NCBI GenBank assembly: GCA_963796125.1
Contig: CAWCKM010000050.1
Span: 10,719-74,718 of the forward strand
Length of the DNA stretch: 64,000 nt
Direction of reading: 5' to 3'
Source: Nitrospirota bacterium
GTDB lineage: Bacteria; Nitrospirota; Thermodesulfovibrionia; Thermodesulfovibrionales; SM23-35
Shown: positions 11,131-21,555 of the stretch, piece after piece
Position numbering within the stretch: the first letter of the stretch is position 1
How the letters are laid out: every line of letters begins with the position of its first letter
The notes under the pieces: model-generated
Told to the model about the DNA's origin: nothing
Seen by the model: only the letters and a program-made list of their open reading frames with translations
The model's database searches: none
Program-made: the position numbers and the translations under genes

Positions 11131-11403
11131 CTATTTCACCGCATTCTTAAAAGTTTTCCCTGCTGAAAACTTAGGAACCTTTCTGGCAGGAATCTTTATT
11201 GGTTCCCCCGTCTGAGGGTTTCTTCCTGTCCGTGCTTTCCTTTTTGAAACCGAGAAAGTTCCAAAGCCAACAAGAGCAACCTTGTTTCCTTTCTTGACAC
11301 TTTTAACAACACTATCAATGAAAGAATCAAGTGCCTTTGCCGCTGCAGCCTTGGAGATACCTGCATCCTTTGCCGCCTTCTCTAAAAGTTCAGCCTTTGT
11401 CAT
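11131..11403 (-). CDS. hup: DNA-binding protein HU
   Basis: GFGTF...[10 protein letters not shown]. Confidence 0.95.
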   Translation of the reverse strand: MTKAELLEKAAKDAGISKAAAAKALDSFIDSVVKSVKKGNKVALVGFGTFSVSKRKARTGRNPQTGEPIKIPARKVPKFSAGKTFKNAVK

Positions 11404-12190
11404 GTACTACCTCCTTTTTAATGTATCTTTAATGCTCCACATTATACTCAATTAAAGTAATAGTTTTAAAGAAGTTCTTTTCAATATCAAAATAATCAGT
11501 TAAGTAATCCTCAAAAACGGCTTATAGGATTTTGAGGAATCGTATTATGATTGTTGTGCAAGTCGCTACCGAAGTGAAGCATATCTCATGCGCTCTCAAT
11601 GAAGAACTGTCGGTTCTCCAGTGCTTGAGCTTTCCAAAATTCCTTGTCCATAAAACCCTCTTGCATTTCAGATCTGGATTACTTGATGAATCGGATTCTC
11701 AGCGTAGTATTTTGCTTTCCTTCAAACAGGTGTTTTATGGAGATAGAAGGCTATGTTGGAAAAACAGTCGATCCTCGAACCTCTGGCCGACTTAGCTCCG
11801 AGATAAGCAGAAGAGACTTTCTCACAGGAGCAAATGTTTTTACGTACCCTAATTATTATGCGCGTTTCTTCTGCAAGTCATTATTCGTCAGTCTATCTTT
11901 TCTCCGGGCTTGCTTCTTGCCTTTCAGAAAATAATCGCTTCAGAAACTCTTTGGACAAAATCAATAATCAAATCTGATACTGCTTATGAGTTCGAATGTT
12001 CCTAACCCTCTATCCATCAATGTGTTTGCATGAACAAGGAGATCATCTTCTTTCCGGCTGGAAGGCAAACTATTTAGGTTTGACAACATCATGCTGACAC
12101 TGGCAAAGCTGGTTTGACAATAATTCCATGATCTGATAGATTCCTACAAGATAATCGAGTTTGGAGCGACATAGTCTTGGAAGTACTAAT

Positions 12191-13126
12191 ATGGCTCATA
12201 TTTTCATTAGTTATACGCGACAAAATGAATCATATGTAGAAGCTCTTGAGAATGCTTTGCGCGCTCAAGGAATTACTATCTGGCGAGACCAAGAAAGTCT
12301 TTACGGCGGACAGCAGTGGCCGAAAAGCAATTGGTGAGGCTATTGCAGCAACTGACTTTTTTCTGCTGTTTTGGTCAAAAAGCGCTGCCGATTCTCACTT
12401 TGTTGAATTCGAATGGAACACAGCCGTGGCTTTGCGAAAGACTATAATACCATGCTTGCTCGATGATACTCCTCTTCCCCCTTTATTAAGAGGAACTCAC
12501 AGCATCAATGTGCTGAATCTTCAAGAGGCCATGCCAAGACTTCTATCTTCTCTTCAAGCGCACATACCTGAACTGTCCTCCAGGCAACACAGTTCTGAAG
12601 TCATAACGAACTCAGGAACATAGTTGTCACCGAACCAGAGCAAGTAGTCAGACAGGCTAAAGCCATCTTTAGCCAGGAGGGATGGAACATACAGGGGAAT
12701 GTCTACCAGGCTGCTGGCGATATTAACTTGACAATTCAGGGTGCCCCTGAACAGCCAAAATCTAAGTCTAAGCTTGATCCGTGGGTTAAGTGGGTCGGTT
12801 TAATTGCGACTGTCTTGGTCATTGTCATATCTTTGTTTACGTTATCAGGTAAAGTAAGGGAAACATTCTTTCCCCAGGCACAGACAACTCCTTTACGGGG
12901 TATTGTCCACAATGCAAATCAAGAGCCCTTGTCTGACGTTGTTGTTAATGTTCAGGAACTTCCAGGTGAGTCGGTCACAACCACAACCGATGGAGGATTC
13001 TATTTTTCGAAAATTCCAGGGAAGCCAGGAGACAGAGTGAGGGTTTATGCATCAAAAAATGGATACCGTCCACACAATGAGTACGTAACCTTACCAGGTC
13101 CAGTAAACATCATCTTGGAGAAATAA
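12191..13126 (+). CDS. TIR domain - single TM - carboxypeptidase-regulatory-like beta-sandwich protein (two frameshifts)
   Basis: Manual join: MAHIFISYTRQ...IWRDQESLYGGQQWP | AIGEAIA...WSKSAADSHFVEFEW...IIPCLLD | ...QGNVYQAAGDINL...WVGLIATVLVIVISLFTL...LRGIVHNANQEPL...TTTDGGFYF; breaks near 12325 (A run) and 12610. Confidence 0.8.
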
Positions 13127-13129
13127 GAA

Positions 13130-15360
13130 ATGAAGCAGTTTGTATTAGCCGTTGTCCTTGTTCTTTCCGGAATTGTACCGGTTCGCGCTCAGATTATTTT
13201 AAACGGAACTCTCCCAAGAAGATTCAGGCAAGGCTGTTCCAAATACTAAAATCAACTTGGCCGGCGGCCCATCAGAGATAACAGATGTAAAAGGCCAATT
13301 TTCAATAAGACTATCAAATGATTTCGTCGAAGGGGAGCGGGTTATTCTAACAGTATCAAAGAAGGACTGGTTTATAAATCACCCTTTAGATGGAGAATGG
13401 AATTTGCCAAATATTCGGTACCAGAAAGTGCATACTACGAAGGTTATTATTGTACCCAAGGGATCAAAAAAACTCTGGACCCATGAGCGCATCGAAAAAT
13501 ACGTTGCTAAATTGAACGATGAGCTTGTGAGAATGAAAAAAGCAGATAGTAAACCTAAGCCTGTAGAGTTCACATATTATCTGAGTGAGTGGGCCAATAA
13601 ATATGGATTTACCTATGACCAAGTGAAAGAGGAATTTGATCGATGGGCTAAGAGAATCTGAGAAATCGGAGGAAAGAAGAGCGAGATGTTTGAGCAGTTT
13701 TTATCAGAAGAATTTTGAGTTGTCTTCTTTGTGCTTCGAGGAATCTGCCTTAGAGGTACGGAATAAAAGAAAGAAGAAACAAGAAGAGTTAAGGCAGTTA
13801 AGCTTAAGTGAATATGAAGATTGGAAGCAATCAGGCAACTCTTATGCGATTATGTACCATTTTGAAAAAGCTTAACCATGTATGAGGAAGCAGAAAAACT
13901 TGTGACTATAAAAGAATTTCCGAAGGAATGGGCAGAGATAAGGTTGCTTATGGGAAATGTCAAGTTAGAGATTGGCATTAGAACTGAGGGAGAAAAGGGA
14001 AATAGGTATATATCGGAAGCTAAGCAACAGTACTTCCGGACTCTGGAAGTCTATACCCATAGAGATCTGCCGCAACAGTGGGCTACAACCCAAAACAACC
14101 TTGGCATTGCTCTTCAAGAGCAGGGTATCCGCACCGCCGGAGAAGAAGGGATACCGCTTCTTAGCCAGTCGGTACAAGCTTACCTTAATGCCCTTGAAGT
14201 CTTTACCCGTAAAGAGTTCCCGCAACAGTGGGCCATGACTCAAAACAACCTTGGCATTTCGCTTAATGAGCTGGGGAGCCGAACCGCTGGAGAAGAAGGA
14301 ATACGACTTCTTAGCCAGTCGGTACAAGCTTACCGTAATGCCCTTGAAGTCTATACCCGTGAAGATCTGCCGCAGGATTGGGCTATGACTCAAGACAACC
14401 TTGGTAATGCTCTTGGTCAACAGGGTGTATGGACCGCTGGAAAAGACAGGCATGGATCTTCTTGACAAGGCGATAGAAGCTCACCGCAATGCCCTTGAAG
14501 TCAGAACTCGTAAAGATCTGCCGCAGGACTGGGCTGCAACTCAAGACAACCTTGGTAATGCTTTTAGAGAAAAGGGAATGCGTACCGCTGGAAAAGAAGG
14601 CATGGATCTTCTTGACAAGGCGATAGAAGCTCACCGCAATGCCCTTGAAGTCAGAACCCGTAAAGATCTGCCGCAAAAGTGGGCGATCACTCAGAACAAC
14701 CTCGGCATTTCGCTTACTGAGTTGGGGAGCCGAAAGAGAAGCTATGGATCTTCTCGACCAAGCGGTAGAAGCTCTCCGTAATGCCCTTGAAGTCTATACC
14801 CGCAAAGAGTTCGCGCAACAGTGGGCCATGACTCAGGACAACCTTGGTAATGCTCTTATAGAAAAGGAAATGCGTACTTCTGGAAAAGAAGGCATGGATC
14901 TTCTCGACCAGGCAGTAGAAGCTTACCGTGCTGCCCTTGAAGTCAGGAACTCGTGAAGACCTGCCGCAGCAGTGGGCGATGACTCAGAACAACCTTGGTA
15001 ATGCTTTTAGAGAAAAAGGAATGCGTACCGCTGGACAAGACGGCATGGATTTTCTCGACCGGCGGTAGAAGCTTACCGTAATGCTCTTGAAGTCAGGACT
15101 CGCAAAGCTCTGCCGCAAAAGTGGGCCCTTACTCAGTATAATCTTGGCATTGTACTTAAAGATCTGGGTATTCGTACTGCTGGAGAAGAACGGTCTGCGG
15201 CTCTTCGGCCAGGCGGCAGAAGCTCTCCGTAATGCCCTTGAAGTCTATACCCGTGAAGAGTTCCCGCAACAGTGGGCCATAATTCGGAACAACCTTTGTG
15301 CTATTTATTTTGACCTTGAAGATTGGAAACATGCAGCAGATTGCAACGCGGATTTCTAAG
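13130..15360 (+). CDS. Exported protein: signal peptide, beta-sandwich, helical linker, 50-aa TPR array (multiple frameshifts, 3' end probably truncated)
   Basis: MKQFVLAVVLVLSGIVPVRA/Q; LNGTL...TDVKGQFSI; repeats ALEVxTRxxLPQxWAxTQ[ND]NLG across ORFs 13257-15359. Confidence 0.75.
14040..15300 (+). repeat. Tandem ~150-bp TPR-coding repeats
   Basis: GAAGTC (LEV) anchors at 14046, 14196, 14346, 14497, 14647, 14789, 14939, 15089, 15240. Confidence 0.9.
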
Positions 15361-15422
15361 AAATTTATTGTGATTTTCAAGAAGCTTACTAAGATCAAAT
15401 TAATTAAATTAAGAGATAAGAG

Positions 15423-16514
15423 GTAGAGTAGGGAACTGGCGTAGTGGCAAATGCCCTATCTCCAGTTCCCCCTCATCAAACCGTACGTTCAGTTTTCCCG
15501 AATACGGCTTTCCAATCATCTTCTTCCGGCGGCTTTCGCAGTCCGACTCCACGGGGCCGTCGTCGGTATCTTGTAAAGTCCGATAGTCGTCGTAGAGGTG
15601 CCGGTCAGGGAATGCTGTTATATCCTCTACTCTTCCTTCTGTGCTTCCGTCTCAGGTAGTCCGCACGCGCTGTCTCAAGGAATCGTTTTGAGGAGTTTCA
15701 GCAGGTCGTTACTACAGTGCCCATAGTAAAAATATTTACCCACCCCCGTATTGACGATCTCGTTGAGGTTTTGACAACTAGCTCTTCCGGTAATGCCAAG
15801 TGCTCCGCCCGGTCAGGTCTTTAGCTCCCTTGGATTTGCGCCATAGCTTTCTTGGCGGGCTCGGATAAAGGAAATTTCGACCGGTTTCGGGATGCTCTGA
15901 TCGCCTTACTCGTAAATCCAAGGAAAGTTAAAGCTCTCTTCCTCGAGCGTCTACCACTCGTGTCTTATCTCGTTCAGCTTCAGGCCGCGAAGCCCCCGAG
16001 GATCTTCTTGGATCCCCTTAATATCTTCTCCGTTTGCCTTTACACAATACGACAAAGTCATCGGCATACCTGATTAGCCTGGCCTCTATCCTCATCCTCT
16101 ATCTTCTTCACCTTCCATATCGTCATCCAGTACATTTAGATAAATGTTGGCGAGGAGCGGAGAGATTACTCCTCCCTGCGGCGTCCCTTGTCATTGCCTT
16201 TGTACCTCTTCTTGCATCCTTCTCTTCCTCCACCACCGGCGCTTTTAGCCATAGCTGGATAATTTAAGTATGTTCTTATCCACTATCCGTTTCGGCATCC
16301 AATCCAAGTAGTTTGTCGTGGGTATGGTGTCGAAGTACTTCGAGATGTCGGCGTCTATTACCTGAAGCTTCCCACTCGAAGGTGATAGATCACATCATCC
16401 ATGCTTGATGGGCATCCCGTTTCGGTCGGAATCCGTATGAGTTTTCCTCGAAATCCGCCTCGAAGATCGGCTCTATTACTATCTTTACCGCCATCTGCAC
16501 TATCCTGTCTTTTT
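15423..16514 (-). mobile_element. 5'-truncated, degenerate group II intron (RT/maturase remnant + domains V/VI)
   Basis: Minus strand: [54 protein letters not shown]; DV AAGCCGTATTCGGGAAAACTGAACGTACGGTTT (15478-15510); DVI stem GGGAACTGG/CCAGTTCCC ending CTCTAC at 15423. Confidence 0.9.
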
Positions 16515-16773
16515 TTAGGAAATTAGAGGGACACTTCCCGTATTATTGCGAGGTACCAGCATGCCAGAGAGATACTCTGTTACTAATAAAAATCTTCATT
16601 TTTCATCGAACATAAATATGCGGACTTGCAGGTGGAACACTCAACCTAAAAAAGGTTCAACCCTTCGATTCTTGCTTCCTGAATTTCAAACTTCAAAAAA
16701 TAGTAAAATAGAGTTGATTAAAAGAGGAAATCTATAGTGGGAATATTCGGAAAATCTTCACGCAACCACTTCA

Positions 16774-17107
16774 TCACTTTTGTATATTTTTAATCTTGCC
16801 AATCTTCTTCTCCAGAACAGACGGGTACAGCTTTTTCAATGCCTCTGTGCTTTTGATTGCATCTTTCCATTTCTTATCTATTTCATGCTTATTTGCATAG
16901 TAGAATGAAAGTGTCATCATGTACCTGAGATAGGGTAATATGAGGAAATGCAACTATTATATCTTCAGGTGACATACCCATGATTTCATATCTTATGGCA
17001 ATGTCCAGCACACGAATACCTGTGCCGGCAATAACGGGGTCACCACCCCTTATTTTTCTGTCAAAGGCAATATAAGGATGTTTGATCTGTTTTACTGATG
17101 TGCTCAT
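16774..17107 (-). CDS. DUF433 family putative antitoxin (frameshift near 16915)
   Basis: IRGGDPVIAGTGIRVLDI...FPHITLSQVHD(A)LSFYY. Confidence 0.8.
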
Positions 17108-17412
17108 ATATAATCACCCCCTATTTTTATTTTCCTGCAACCACTTTGTGCAATTGGCCTCTCATCGTGCTCACATTATACCATGTAGATTTTCTCTTTA
17201 GCCTTTCTGACGTGCGCTCACCAGTTACCGCCTTTCTATCCTGCAAAGGCTTCCGAAGGAACTGCGGCAGAGACCACAGGTGTAAAATTTATAGAATTTT
17301 TCCACAACATCCGCATTATGCCAATTACAGTTTTTGGGTTAATCCCCTGTTTTTTGTCCACTTGCCTTGACCTGCAGTTGTATTGTTTCCATGATTTTTT
17401 CTATAATTTTAG

Positions 17413-17916
17413 ATGAAGATTATCATTTCAGAAATCCCCGATGACGGACTGGATATAGAAGTCAATGAGACACTTGCCTTTGATGCCGGCCCTTTTCCTG
17501 TCCAGGCACAACTGAAGATAAAAAAGGTTGGCGCTGAGATTGTAGTAAATGGTAATATTCTTACTACTGTAGAATTACAGTGCAGCCGGTGTCTGAAAGA
17601 TTTTAAGAGCAAGCTCTCGTTTCCCTTTGAGGCCATCTTTCATCCCATCGCACAACTCAAAGAGGAAGAAAAACATGAGCTCACGGTTGAGGAACTTGAC
17701 ATGGGTTTTTATGCAAATGATGAGCTTGATCTTTTTGACATCATAAAGGAACAGATCATGCTCAATCTGCCCATGAAAGCGCTTTGCAACGATTTCTGTA
17801 AAGGGATATGTCTGCGGTGCGGTGCGGACCTCAATGCAGGCGACTGTAGTTGCAGTGAAAAAGATATAGACCCAAGACTTGTTACATTAAAGAAGTTCCT
17901 CAATAAAGAAACGTAG
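17413..17916 (+). CDS. yceD: YceD / DUF177 protein
   Basis: CSRCL, CKGICLRCG, DPRL; directly upstream of rpmF. Confidence 0.9.
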   Translation: MKIIISEIPDDGLDIEVNETLAFDAGPFPVQAQLKIKKVGAEIVVNGNILTTVELQCSRCLKDFKSKLSFPFEAIFHPIAQLKEEEKHELTVEELDMGFYANDELDLFDIIKEQIMLNLPMKALCNDFCKGICLRCGADLNAGDCSCSEKDIDPRLVTLKKFLNKET

Positions 17917-17931
17917 AAAGGAGAAATCATT

Positions 17932-18120
17932 TTGCCGAACCCGAAACACAGACACACAAGGGCACGGAGAGATAAGCGGAGGGCCAACTGGAAAGGCCAG
18001 ACTCCTAACCTTAGCCTCTGTCCTGATTGTAATGAACTGAAGCTTTCCCACAGGGTATGCCTTCATTGCGGTTCATATAATGGACGCAAGGTTCTCGAAG
18101 TAGTCGAAAAAGAAGCATGA
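17932..18120 (+). CDS. rpmF: 50S ribosomal protein L32
   Basis: PKHRHTRARRDKRRA, CPDC...HRVC..CG. Confidence 0.95.
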   Translation: MPNPKHRHTRARRDKRRANWKGQTPNLSLCPDCNELKLSHRVCLHCGSYNGRKVLEVVEKEA

Positions 18121-19133
18121 GAGTTGCCCTTGATGCGATGGGAGGCGATTATGCCCCTGCTGTCACTATTGAGGGCGCTATCGAGACCGTTAATGATTTT
18201 GAAGGCATAGATGTAATCCTTGTCGGTGATGAGAATTCAATAAAAAGAGAGCTCGATAGCAAGAGACACCTCCCGAACCGTATTTCCATAAAACATGCTT
18301 CTCAGGTTGTGGGAATGGATGAGGCACCTGCTGCTGCGATCAGAAAAAAGAGGGATTCGTCCATAGGTCGGGCTATTGAGCTTGTTAAGAATGGCGAAGC
18401 CGATGCCATGGTGAGTGCCGGACACTCCGGCGTTGTCATGGCAACAGCACTTCTTTTTCTCCGTACATCTCCAGGCGTTGACAGACCTGCCATTGCAACG
18501 ATTATGCCGACTCTCAAAGCTCCCTTTGTTCTCATTGATGCAGGTGCAAATCTCTATTGCAAGCCTGAAAACCTTTATCAGTTTGGATTGATGGGAAGCG
18601 CATACTGCAGTGCAATTTTTGGAAGGACAGAGGCAAAAGTCGCCCTTCTCAGCATCGGAGAAGAGGATACAAAGGGGAACGAACTCACCAAAGAGTCGTT
18701 CAAACTTCTGAAAAAGGCTGATATCAACTTTATCGGCAATGTGGATGGAAAAGATATTTTTACTGGAATCGCCGATGTCATAGTTTGTGACGGGTTTACC
18801 GGTAACGTGGTATTGAAAATAAGTGAGGGTCTTGCAGATGCGATCGTAAAGATTCTCAAGCGGGAAATCGCAGAGCAGTCTGTAGGAAGGATTGCATACC
18901 TCCTGATGAAATCTGCCTTGATCAGTTTCAAGAAAAAGACAGATTATGACGAATATGGGGGCGCGCCTCTCCTTGGAATAAATGGCACATGCATTATAAG
19001 TCACGGACGATCAACAGCAAAGGCAATAAAGAATGCCCTGAGAGTTGCAGCAGATTTCTCAGAGAAACGTGTGTATGAGGTCATTGCATCCAAAATAGAA
19101 AAAGGTATGGTGGAAAAGGTTGACAAGAACTAA
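18117..19133 (+). CDS. plsX: Phosphate acyltransferase
   Basis: ALDAMGGDYAP, VCDGFTGNV, GGAPLLG, SHGRS. Confidence 0.96.
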   Translation: MRVALDAMGGDYAPAVTIEGAIETVNDFEGIDVILVGDENSIKRELDSKRHLPNRISIKHASQVVGMDEAPAAAIRKKRDSSIGRAIELVKNGEADAMVSAGHSGVVMATALLFLRTSPGVDRPAIATIMPTLKAPFVLIDAGANLYCKPENLYQFGLMGSAYCSAIFGRTEAKVALLSIGEEDTKGNELTKESFKLLKKADINFIGNVDGKDIFTGIADVIVCDGFTGNVVLKISEGLADAIVKILKREIAEQSVGRIAYLLMKSALISFKKKTDYDEYGGAPLLGINGTCIISHGRSTAKAIKNALRVAADFSEKRVYEVIASKIEKGMVEKVDKN

Positions 19134-20101
19134 AATTGTCTCCACGGGTTCCTACCTACCGGAAAAAGTCCTTACCAATTTTGATCTTGAAAAGATGGTC
19201 GAAACTTCAGATCAGTGGATTACCGAAAGAACAGGGATAAAGGAACGGAGGATAGCGAATGGAAACCAGGCAGCATCGGACCTTGCCTATGATGCATCGA
19301 AGGTAGCCCTTGGAAGAGCTGACCTTAATGCAGAAGATATTGACCTTATTATTACAGCAACAGTTACGGGTGATATGCCTTTCCCATCAACTGCCTGTAT
19401 TCTGCAGGATAAACTCGGTGCTAAAAAAGCAGCAGCTTTTGATATCAATGCAGCCTGTTCAGGTTTCCTTTACGGTCTTTATGTTGCGGACAGTTTCATA
19501 CGTTCAGGAATGCATAAAAAAATCCTTGTTGTCGGAACTGAGGTGCTCTCAAAGATTACTGATTGGGAAGATAGAACTACCTGTATTTTGTTTGGTGATG
19601 GCGCGGGTGCTGTGATTGTTGAACCTACTACAGAAGACAGGGGTATCATCTCAATGTCTATCAATTCTGATGGCAGTATGTGGGATCTCCTCCATATGCC
19701 TGCTGGTGGTTCAAAGATACCCGCATCAAGAGAATCTGTTGATAATAAACTCCATTACATTAAAATGAAGGGTAACGAGACATTCAAATTTGCTGTCCGG
19801 ACACTCGAGGATCTTGTTATAAATATCCTTGAAGAAAACAAGCTTGACTCCTTCACAGCTTTCCCTCCTTATCCCTCACCAGGCAAATCTGAGAATCATA
19901 CAGGCGACTGCTGACAGACTTGGACTCCCGATGGAAAAAGTCCTTATTAATATTGACAAGTACGGAAATACCTCGGCTGCATCTATCCCGATTGCGCTTG
20001 ATGAAGCTCTCACAACAGGAAGAGTTAAAGAAGGAGACTACATCCTTCTCGAGGCCTTCGGCGGTGGCCTCACCTGGGCCTCTGCATTGATAAAGTGGTA
20101 G
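19120..20101 (+). CDS. fabH: Beta-ketoacyl-ACP synthase III (frameshift near 19850)
   Basis: [35 protein letters not shown]. Confidence 0.93.
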
Positions 20102-20217
20102 TATTCAGTTGTAAAGTCTGCAACGTTGCTTGTCAATACTGTCTGATTTATTCACTCCTTTCTACTTGAAGTTTTGGTCTTTCAACAATACCGTCATAAT
20201 GTGAGATTCTGTTATGT

Positions 20218-20233
20218 CGTGATTTTTGTCACA
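20218..20233. promoter_or_regulatory. CRP-family-like site CGTGA-N6-TCACA
   Basis: cgtgatttttgtcaca, 57 bp upstream of the 20291 start; near-identical inverted copy at 57561. Confidence 0.5.
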
Positions 20234-20290
20234 TCAATTTCTCTGCTTGAAATCGCAATTTAAAAGCACAAAATGAAAGGAATTGAATAG

Positions 20291-21439
20291 ATGGAAATAT
20301 CCTCTGAATCGGTAATATCAAAGACATTGGGTTTCCCAAGCTTACTTGTTTATCTAAACAGAAACAGAAAAACAGGGATATTAACAGTAAAGACTCCTTC
20401 TTTCACAAAAAAAATGTACCTCCATAAAGGTGACGCCGTCTTTGCCTCATCAACTGATGAAGATGACAGGTTGGGTGAGACACTCATGAAAATGGGGAAG
20501 ATTACATTAGAGCAATATGACAGGTCAGTGGAACTCCTCAAAAAGACAGCCAAAAGACAGGGTGAGATCCTTGTTGAACTTGGTTACCTGACACCACAGG
20601 ATATCATCTGGGGAGTGAAATACCAGGTAAAGGATATCATTTATAGCTTATTCCATCTCCGGGATGCTGCATATGAATTCATCGAGAGGGAAATACCTTC
20701 AGATGGCCTCATCACATTGAAAATGAGTATGGGTAACCTCATCTATGAAGGTGTAAAGAGGATAGATAACTTAAACAGAATCCGTAAAGAGCTGCCGGAT
20801 ATGGATGCTGTTTTAACATTGAGCACTGACCCTGTAAGCCTTTTCCAGGATGTTGTATTCAGCTCATTAGACAAAAAGATGCTTTTTATGATCGATGGGA
20901 AAAAGACGGTTAAAGAGCTTGTTGACAGTTCATCTCCGAACTCTTTTCAGGCCATGAAGACCATGTATGTCTTGTGGTCTACGGGTATCCTTGAGGAACG
21001 TAAAAGTGGAATAGAAGAAACAAAGGACACGATATCATTAGAGGATATACTAAAGGCTTTCCCGGAGGAGGAAGATGCCCAATTAAAAAGGATTGATGAA
21101 ATTTATATGAGTCTTAACAGACTCAGTGCGGGTGAACTTCTGGCAATAGATGAAACGTCAAACGGGGAAATGGTAAAAAACAATTTTTACAAACTTGTGA
21201 AGGAATACCATCCTGACAGGTATCTCACTGTGGATGACCCTTCAGTAAAGGACAAAGTCATAGCCATTCTTGAAGCAACAACAAAGGCATACTCACTGCT
21301 GAAAGAAGATGAAAGAAGAAAAAATTACTTTCATAAGCAAAGATTGATAGCAAAAATGAACAGTTTTGCTGACGCCCTCAAAAAGAGGCGGGATGAGTTT
21401 TTCGAAAGTTTAGAAGGATCTGAATTACTAAGTAGCTAA
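20291..21439 (+). CDS. DUF4388 (PATAN-like) + MshEN-like + J-domain-like protein
   Basis: RKTGILTV, RLGETLMKMGKIT / RQGEILVELGYLT, YHPDR. Confidence 0.7.
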   Translation: MEISSESVISKTLGFPSLLVYLNRNRKTGILTVKTPSFTKKMYLHKGDAVFASSTDEDDRLGETLMKMGKITLEQYDRSVELLKKTAKRQGEILVELGYLTPQDIIWGVKYQVKDIIYSLFHLRDAAYEFIEREIPSDGLITLKMSMGNLIYEGVKRIDNLNRIRKELPDMDAVLTLSTDPVSLFQDVVFSSLDKKMLFMIDGKKTVKELVDSSSPNSFQAMKTMYVLWSTGILEERKSGIEETKDTISLEDILKAFPEEEDAQLKRIDEIYMSLNRLSAGELLAIDETSNGEMVKNNFYKLVKEYHPDRYLTVDDPSVKDKVIAILEATTKAYSLLKEDERRKNYFHKQRLIAKMNSFADALKKRRDEFFESLEGSELLSS

Positions 21440-21469
21440 GTTTACATATCTTTCCTGAAAAAAAGTCTC

Positions 21470-21522
21470 TTTACAATTTTTCATAATTTCTTCACGAGCC
21501 CTTCACAAGTTTTTCGTATGCT
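21470..21522 (+). promoter_or_regulatory. Four direct repeats + -10-like TATGCT, same architecture as the degQ upstream region
   Basis: Repeats at 21470, 21480, 21491, 21502. Confidence 0.6.
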
Positions 21523-21555
21523 AAATTCATGAACAACATGATAAAGGAGGCTGAC

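Noticed and set aside
11644-11934. GIY-YIG nuclease remnant (GYVGKTVDP)
   Set aside because: Only a short motif with no supporting context; likely chance.
14040-15300. CRISPR array
   Set aside because: Units are 150-bp coding repeats without unique spacers; no cas genes in the window.
14040-16514. Diversity-generating retroelement (RT next to variable repeats)
   Set aside because: The RT has the group II intron GTPQGG motif and DV/DVI RNA; repeat differences are not adenine-specific; no TR/VR pair or avd gene seen.
18237-19004. Long antisense ORFs (also 36546-37334, 43108-43692 and others)
   Set aside because: Shadow frames of well-supported genes, with no recognisable motifs.
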